17,007 nucleotides of DNA, taken from the NCBI RefSeq assembly GCF_000143415.4, contig NW_003314521.1, positions 1 through 17,007 on the forward strand, given 5' to 3'. A program made the position numbers and the translations under genes. The notes beneath the pieces were generated by a model that saw only the letters and a list, made by a program, of their open reading frames with translations, made no database searches and had not been told where the DNA came from. The DNA is from Selaginella moellendorffii. Lineage: Eukaryota > Plantae > Lycopodiophyta. Of this stretch, positions 10,301 to 17,007 are shown piece by piece; within the stretch, counting starts at the first letter, position 1; the number at the start of each line of letters is the position of its first letter.

Positions 10301-11421
10301 TCAAGGAGAATCGAAACCAGGTGGACGATGCGTCAAAAGAGAAACTGCATCGGAACCAAAAACTTTACCTTCTCAGGCGAGGAACCCCCAGGTACTAAGT
10401 TTTAGTCGAGACTCCTTTTGCTGATGATTTTGGTTGTAGGAGAAGAATAATAACGACACAAAAGACGGCCCAAGTAGTCAGCCCTCTTCAAAGCCCGATG
10501 GTCAGAAAATCGCTAGAAACGGTCAAGTTGGAAGAAAAGCTGGGACCCAGAAGCAGCAGATACAAAGACCGAATCCGGTGAATAGTGTTAAGCAGGAGCC
10601 GCTCCAGAGAATATCTAGCGACGCTGCCAAGATAGAACAGCAGCCACAAACGATTCAAGCACAGCAGCCACAAGCGATTCAAGCACAGCAGCAGCAGCCA
10701 CCACAGAGAAACTTTTCTCTACAGAAACTGGAATATCGACAAGAGCAACACCAACCGCAGCAGCTCTCGGGGATCACTCCAAGACCAACCTTTCAACAAA
10801 AGCAGAAGTTACCGGCGTGTTCTACTTCTACTTCTCAGCAGCTGCCGGCTCACAAGTCTTTCGCGGAGCAGCACCACCACCACCATTTTTCCAGGCCGCC
10901 ACAATCGATGCAGCAGTCGATCCAGCAGCCGGGCTTCCACTACAACAGTCGATGCTTTGCTGCCGGACCGGGGCCTCAAGCTCGAGCTGCTGTTGCCGCT
11001 GGTGCTATAGGTGCTCAAGCTCCCGGAGGACAGTGGAGGCCATCTCAAAGCTCGGCTCATACTTACAGCCATGCTGTGGACGCTCCGGCCTTTCGCTTCC
11101 AGAACCAAAGCTCTGGAAGACCGATGAAGCAAGCTCAGAGATCACTTGCACAGCATCACCAGCAAGCAGCGCAGCCACAACAGTGTGGAGTTTCGTATCT
11201 TCCGTCTTCCATGACCGGGGCAGTGCGGTATCAAGCGTCTCACGCGGCCGTTCCTGCAAAGGTTGGAGCGATTTCTTTTAGCTTGGTTTCTCATCTTTGT
11301 TGGTTTTATTTTGTTCTAGACATGGAGTCCTTCGGAGAGGCCCACTGCTGGAACAGTGGTAACATCGTCACCTCCAACAGCAGCAGCAGCAGCAGATCCT
11401 CCTCCAGCAAGCTGTAAATAA
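7392..11421 (+). CDS. EAF1: Chromatin modification-related protein EAF1-like (NuA4 scaffold; HSA and SANT/Myb domains, Q-rich C-terminus), 21 exons, about 981 aa
   Basis: Exons 7392-7474, 7548-7602, 7661-7731, 7788-8223, 8278-8388, 8441-8545, 8598-8747, 8804-8872, 8922-9122, 9175-9210, 9263-9313, 9365-9410, 9463-9527, 9580-9639, 9683-9763, 9821-9910, 9957-10070, 10135-10220, 10280-10391, 10440-11261 and 11320-11421 splice in frame (2946 nt). Plant EAF1 hallmarks: ELRQE...[75 protein letters not shown]...CQERH; LQGPLEHDTLKLHFEEI; PHESH...LSPLD. An alternative in-frame ATG lies at 7350. Confidence 0.93.
10638..10700 (+). repeat. Coding 24-bp tandem repeat (QQPQ[T/A]IQA x2) followed by a CAG run
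   Basis: CAGCAGCCACAAACGATTCAAGCA / CAGCAGCCACAAGCGATTCAAGCA / CAGCAGCAGCAGCCA. Confidence 0.9.
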
Positions 11422-11522
11422 TGTGAGCTGAGGAAGTTCTCGCTTTTCGTTCTTTGGTTCTTTGCTTCCTTTCCATTCGTCTGTGTGAGTGTAAATTTTT
11501 GTGCCGTGTACATGGCCCGGAC

Positions 11523-12690
11523 CTAAAGAGAGTTTCTTTTTGCTTGACAACATATGTTTCTTACGTGGGCTTTGCATTCCTTTATACAAATGATCCTCGG
11601 TGAACTTTGAGAGACACACGGAGTGATCTTTCTTTTCCAATCGTCTCTCCTTATATATAGCACAAGCTCGGCCAAGGTAAACGAGACGTATGATTTGCCC
11701 AGCAGTGATTGCCACTGGATTGGAGTATTTCCGCACGTTTTGCAATCAACACGACATAAAATGTTTATGTTGTGGACGTGGACCACGCCAGAGGAACAAG
11801 TTGTTCTTTGGAAATGGTAAGAACACGCTTTCGCTTGCTTGACAGTAGCGTGCTTCAAGCATGCAAGAAGCTCAAGAAAGGCAAGCTGCAAACTTCAAGT
11901 AAACTTCAAGCTGCAAGAAGGCATGCTGGAGCTTGACTGTCCAGGCAATTTACATGCTTCTCTGAAGCGCATGGAGCTGCGATGGCCATGCAATGGAGGC
12001 AACCATAATCAGAGANNNNNNNNNNNNNNNNNNNNNNNNNNNNNNNNNNNNNNNNNNNNNNNNNNNNNNNNNNNNNNNNNNNNNNNNNNNNNNNNNNNNN
12101 NNNNNNNNNNNNNNNAGTGGCTCCAAAAGCAATGGCAGCACAATTTCTTTTTCAGATCATATAGTTCTGCTCTTCCACTTGGCAGTTCCTCAGGCACGAA
12201 CTCTTACAATCCCTTAAATACGGTCCGTAACATCCGTGTATAATAATCCAACAGAGACCATCTTTTGAGAACTGTGAGATAACCTGGGAGATGGGTGATT
12301 TAGTTTGCATCGGGATTGCTAGCATCCACATACGAAGAATAGCTCAGGGGACAAATGCAATAGTACTCACCACAAGATCCCGGGAACTTTCGACATAATG
12401 TCGTCGGTGATGCTTTTCCCAGTGTCCACAAGAACATCGCCGTGGACCCGGAGATCGCCGCTTGGAAGGAGCCACAAGAATCTGTTTCTTAAAGTGATGG
12501 ACTCAATCTTGGAACCATCCCTCTTGTGGTTGCAACTTATTGTTTATCGCAAAGAATCCAATCTCCTCTCCGTAAGAGCACCACTCGCCATAACTCACCC
12601 CAGAGGTGGAGAACTTCTCGGGTTCCACGAGGAGGCGGAAGTAACCGCGAAGACACTAGAAAACGGAGGACATTGCCTCGTAGTGAACTG
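11523..12690 (-). pseudogene. Possible degraded minus-strand gene convergent on EAF1, unidentified
   Basis: Coding-like GC content. On the minus strand there is a GTGAGT donor at 12370 and a TCTCCCAG acceptor near 12284, plus open stretches (RDGSKIESITLRNRFLWLLPSGDLRVHGDVLVD...; the 122-aa ORF 11523-11891). All frames contain stops and a gap interrupts the region. Confidence 0.25.
12016..12115. other. Assembly gap (100 N, size probably unknown)
   Basis: Exactly 100 Ns. Confidence 1.
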
Positions 12691-13417
12691 AAGCCAATCC
12701 CGCAGCCAGATTGCGAGAAGGCTGATAGAGGATGATGCCCGCTTAAACCGAATCGCCACGAGGAGTTTGTGGGAACCAAGGCTTAAGCACTTCCATAGGA
12801 GTTCTTGACAGAGAGATCAGGTGTCATGCTGCCAGGCTGCTAGGATTGTCTTCCAGACAACCTCTACACCCAAGACGTTTGATCGGCTTGGATCGAACGT
12901 AACAAGAAGAATACTCCAGGATTTTATGTGATCCAGCACCTCCAGATGGTCAATGTGATCTTTCTTTCAGCGATCCGATGCTCGAAGAGGCTGACCGACG
13001 CAAATCCGCCGCCCCTATCTTCCATCGGATTAAGCTCTCTGTGCGACCGACGATGAGAATGGGAGCTCGAGAATGAGTCCAGTGTCAAGGTACGAGCTTG
13101 ACCCCAGGGCAAGCTTTTCTACAATCGCGTTGGAACCTTCGTTCGAGAAAAATCTCGAGGTATGGAGACAGAGCAATTTCACCGCTAACTAAGGTTTGCG
13201 CCTAGATCAAACTATTCATAGCAAGCTCTTGTATGATTCCAGATCAAGTCCAATCTCGCCGAGAAACATTGACGAACTGCCGAGTTTTCTGTATCTCCGG
13301 AAGTTTACGAGGCAAACAGTTTTGTTTTAAATTTCAAATGAACGAATATACTTCGACTTGAACTGCGAGTGGCAGCAGCTCCGGCAGCCTCGGTGGTAGC
13401 GCGAGCATGATCCGGCC

Positions 13418-14327
13418 ATGGAAGCTCTCAATGGCGTCAAGAAGAGGCATTTCAGGGCAGAGGCTTTCCAGTGGCCCTTCTCGACCAAGCGCAAGAAGAT
13501 CTCCAGGGACATCAATGTCGCTACTCCTTCTCCTCCTCCTTTACCTCCTCACCCTTCCTCACTCCTCCTCCCTTGCCCCCGGTACCAAACTTTCTCCGTG
13601 CGCTCCAGGCTAATGCTCTTCGGACAATGTCGGTGAATGGGAAGGGCTTCCTATCGAATCCTTGGTCGAACAGGGCAGCTTGGTCCAGGGTCCAGAGCAC
13701 GCTCGGGTCGAAGAAGGATCATGGTGGGGATTTGATGAACAAGAAGAGGCAGCTGGAGCTGTGGGACTTCGTGGGGTTCTCTCGTGAGAAGTTAAAGCTT
13801 CTCAATGAGATTGAGGCGCTCATCGACTCGGAGGAGAATGCTTTGAACATGGAAGCTTCTGCTAAAGTTGGTCGAAGGCTCCTTCTTTCTTGAGTTTNNN
13901 NNNNNNNNNNNNNNNNNNNNNNNNNNNNNNNNNNNNNNNNNNNNNNNNNNNNNNNNNNNNNNNNNNNNNNNNNNNNNNNNNNNNNNNNNNNNNNNNNCTA
14001 GGAGAATATACAGAACAGGATAGCTCTACCGAAAAGTAAAGAGAGAAGGAGAGGCCCTTCGTTCTGGGAAGTGTGAAAGAAGCTATGGAGCGTGACCAGG
14101 TTGCACTTGACAACTTTCTGCAGAAGCAGAGGCTCAAGCATGAAGCGTCTAAGCAGAAACTTAAACCCGAGAGGCTATTCGCGACGTATACGAATCGTGG
14201 CCAGAGCAAGCTGGTGAACTCGAGGAGCTTTGAGCGACGTTGGAACACGATCGAGGCATATCCCGGAATGATCATCATGGAGGCGCTTGAAAATTTTTGG
14301 AGCTCGTGCCCGAGTGTAACGGACTAA
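13418..14327 (+). pseudogene. Disrupted gene for a basic/proline-rich + coiled-coil protein, weakly FRIGIDA-like at the C-terminal end
   Basis: GCCATGG start at 13418 (MEALNGVKKRHF...KRKK...PSPPPLPP). An apparent frameshift near 13545 leads into ...PPPLPPVPNFLRALQ...EKLKLLNEIEALIDSEENALNMEASAK with a GT donor at 13867. After the gap: in-frame TAA at 14037, then ...KEAMERDQVALDNFLQKQRLK...YPGMIIMEALENFW...* at 14327. Confidence 0.5.
13898..13997. other. Assembly gap (100 N)
   Basis: Exactly 100 Ns. Confidence 1.
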
Positions 14328-14564
14328 TTTTTCCGATGCCAGAGAAAGATTGCATGTACTGGTGGTTTCTTAAGGTAAATTAGGGTACGTTCTTTGAATG
14401 CTGCGTGCTGCAGCGCAACCAACAATTGGAAAACTAGAGAAAGTTCTTTATTGCTATTCTCCTCGTATGGTTGAACCATGTGTAAGTTGTTGACTAGCAA
14501 AAGCCCTGCTGGTGTAATCCATAAAATTTGTAAGTTTAGGGTTTGATAGCAAAAGGCTTGAAAG

Positions 14565-15238
14565 ATGAGAAGTTGGTGGATGAGTTTAATATTACTATTA
14601 ACAGTAACTCAGTTTATGAGTGAAGTTATGAGAACTTTGACTGTATTACTAATGATTCTTGATTATAATATAATTTTGGGTTCACTTTGGATACATAAAC
14701 ACTACTTAGAGTTAGACTGCAATAGCATAATAAATACTTTAACATTTGAGGACTACATATTGCCTCATGGGTGATTGCAACTTATCTAAGTCTAGAAAAT
14801 ACAAGAGAATAAATCAACATATACATACTGTGGGAGAATCAATGATCAGAAAATCAGAATTGAAATAGATAATGGTTGTGCAAGTTCTGGAATACTTATC
14901 GGGAAACTCGGGGTTAAAGTAGTTCACGATTCCAAGTATTTTGCAGAAAGACTAACTCCATAAGTTCAAATGAAAGTTATGGAATTGGTATGTTATAATT
15001 AAACTTTTTAGAAAGAAGAAATTTTATTGGTCTAGAAGATTATAGAGAAACCATATTTCTTGGGATTGACTGGCTTCATAATCACTCAGCAATAATTAAC
15101 TACAGGAATCATATTGTTACTTTTATATCCAAAGAGTTGGATTGTTGGTATAGATTTCAATACCCATCTGGTATATATGAAGCAAGTAAAGATAGATTTG
15201 GCAAAGAGATGAGTAGTTTGTGTTGGTGCTCATTTTGA
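14565..15238 (+). mobile_element. Decayed Ty3/gypsy-type retropepsin (aspartic protease) remnants
   Basis: 14823-14960 reads YCGRINDQKIRIEIDNGCASSGILIGKLGVK (cf. GxINGxxVxxLIDSGAT). After a frameshift, 15011-15125 reads ...IFLGIDWLHNHSAIINYRNHIVTF (cf. ILGMDWLxxHxAxIDCxxxxVTF). A second C-terminal motif, LDYNIILGSLWIHKHYLELDC, lies at about 14658-14720. Confidence 0.75.
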
Positions 15239-15753
15239 CCACAAATTTAATAAATACTTTTTTAGCACAGTCCATTTTGTTTGGTTTGTTTTGCATTACC
15301 AGATTATGGTCTTTTCATGCCTTTCCATTGTTGGTAATTCTTTTGAAGCACTATGAAAAGCAAGGGTGCAAGATGATACATTAATTATGGGAAGCTGACT
15401 ACAAGATATATATGTAATTTGCTTTAGTATATGTGAAAGTTACCACAAAGGTGATATATACACGTTAGCTAGTAACTTGTTTTGGTATGTACATAGTATA
15501 ATTCTGCCTCCTTGATCAAGTTATGATCAAGTTACGATGGAGCCAGAGATCACAAATCAGAGGTAACACTTAAGTAGTTTAGTAATTTTCAAAATAATGG
15601 TGCATGCCATATATAGACATGTATTTATTCCAACTCATAAGTTTGTATTTTATACATTTAGAAAAAAAGAAAACTATGTAGGAAAATTTGGATAAATTTT
15701 TGTCATAAGAAATACTCAATGAAATATTATAGTTGTTTCAAAGTCATTTTACT

Positions 15754-16008
15754 CTAATCTATGTTGGTGCTTAGTGTTAGAAAATTTTAATAAATAATTT
15801 CAATTAAATATACCATGAATATCCAATAATATTTCAATCCAATGCTAAATAAAACACTAATAAAAATAACAATAATGTTAATATAAATAAGATATATAGG
15901 CACCTGGCGTTTAATTTGGGTAATATAAATGAAACCATAATTGTTTCAAATTACAAAATGAATAATCTTGTTTAATAGTGAGTATTATTTATAACTATAA
16001 TATTATTT
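15754..16008 (-). repeat. Uninterrupted copy of the AT-rich repeat (segments A+B contiguous), inverted relative to 4699-6889
   Basis: The reverse complement reads A (=4699-4804), 6 bp GTGCCT, then B (=6762-6889). Confidence 0.9.
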
Positions 16009-16131
16009 GGAAAATATAAATAATCATTCTCTTTCTGTTAAACTTTATACATATGTATAAATATATATGTTATATTTTTTAGTGAATAATTTATTTGTAC
16101 TTTTCAATTTATCTAAATTTTTTGTTTTCAT

Positions 16132-16745
16132 AAACAAACCTGTAGAAAGGTAGTGGATATATCTAAAATATGCTTGGATATTTTAAGATATTTTCTAACA
16201 GTTGTTATTCATTTGAATTAATCTGTAAACTTTCTTAAACACTTCTTAATATATTCTAGTTTATTCTACATTCAAATGGTTGATATTAAATAAGATTAAT
16301 CTTGTGTCTATAAATTATCAATATCTTTATAATTATAAACGTTTCTTTGACCAAATGGATTAATAAATTACTATTAAGCAAATTAAGTATTATTGCATGC
16401 AACGTGCACCAAATTATTTGTTTGCTTAACCAAACCTATAAGGGGATAGTGATTATACCTAGAATATGCTTGGATATTCTAGGATATTCTACCATCTAAC
16501 AGTTGTTATTCATTTAGACTAATCTTGTATCTCTAATTTATAAATATGTTTTTAGATTATAAATTTTTCTAAACACTTTCTAGTATATTCTAGTTTATTC
16601 TACTATGATTAATCTTGTGTTTATAAATTATCAACATGTTTATAATTATGAACTTTAATTGATCAATTGGATTAATTTATAGAAATAACACTACTATTAA
16701 ACAAACTAAGCATTAAATGTAGCAATGTGTAGCAAATTATATTTA
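16132..16745. repeat. Diverged direct tandem duplication, about 295-bp unit x2
   Basis: Blocks shared by 16132-16420 and 16428-16745: CAAACCT, AATATGCTTGGATATT, TCTAACAGTTGTTATTCATTT, TATATTCTAGTTTATTCTAC, GATTAATCTTGTGT.TATAAATTATCAA, TACTATTAA.CAAA.TAAG. Confidence 0.88.
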
Positions 16746-17007
16746 CTTATGATAATATTTATTCAAACAGAATCAAAATATAAAACAATTTATGTTATGA
16801 CTCATGTCCAGAGAGGTATATGTCCACGAGAGAGGTCCCCTTGGTCCACAAAAGCCAGAGCTCAAGCATGCACGGCTTTGCCTTTAGAACTCAAAAACTC
16901 CAAGCTTAACAATGTATTGGTCAACAATCTGATCCTGTGCAGTAAGAATTGTGATGTGATTTGGTGGAGTCTCAGCAACACTGCATAATAAATTTGTGGG
17001 GAATTGA

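Noticed and set aside
9667-11281. Antisense and alternative-frame ORFs over EAF1 exons
   Set aside because: Explained as shadows of GC/CAG-rich coding sequence.
16725-17007. 87-aa ORF / GC-richer segment at the window end
   Set aside because: No recognisable motif on either strand and truncated by the window edge. It may be the tail of a neighbouring gene but cannot be supported.
1-17007. Prokaryotic-type systems (CRISPR array, operon, defence locus), tRNA/rRNA
   Set aside because: The sequence is intron-rich plant nuclear DNA. No regularly spaced repeat-spacer array or structural RNA gene was seen.

Overview
Eukaryotic (land-plant) nuclear DNA with four assembly gaps. The very small spliceosomal introns (43-73 bp) suggest a compact genome such as a Selaginella-type lycophyte (inference). 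The core feature is an apparently intact 21-exon EAF1-like gene (NuA4 scaffold, HSA + SANT/Myb domains, about 981 aa, 7392-11421, +). It is roughly half the length of angiosperm EAF1 and seems to have an internally shortened HSA helix. Upstream lie a probable LTR-retrotransposon end (PPT + about 526-bp LTR with clustered G-boxes) and an AT-rich repeat. That repeat is split by a 1.96-kb insert carrying a decayed copy of the adjacent EAF1 promoter/exons 1-2 plus exons of an unrelated gene. An unsplit copy of the same repeat sits inverted at about 15.75-16.0 kb. Downstream are degraded gene fragments (one weakly FRIGIDA-like), two tandem retropepsin remnants and a diverged tandem duplication of about 295 bp. 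All calls come from manual reading; no database search was run.
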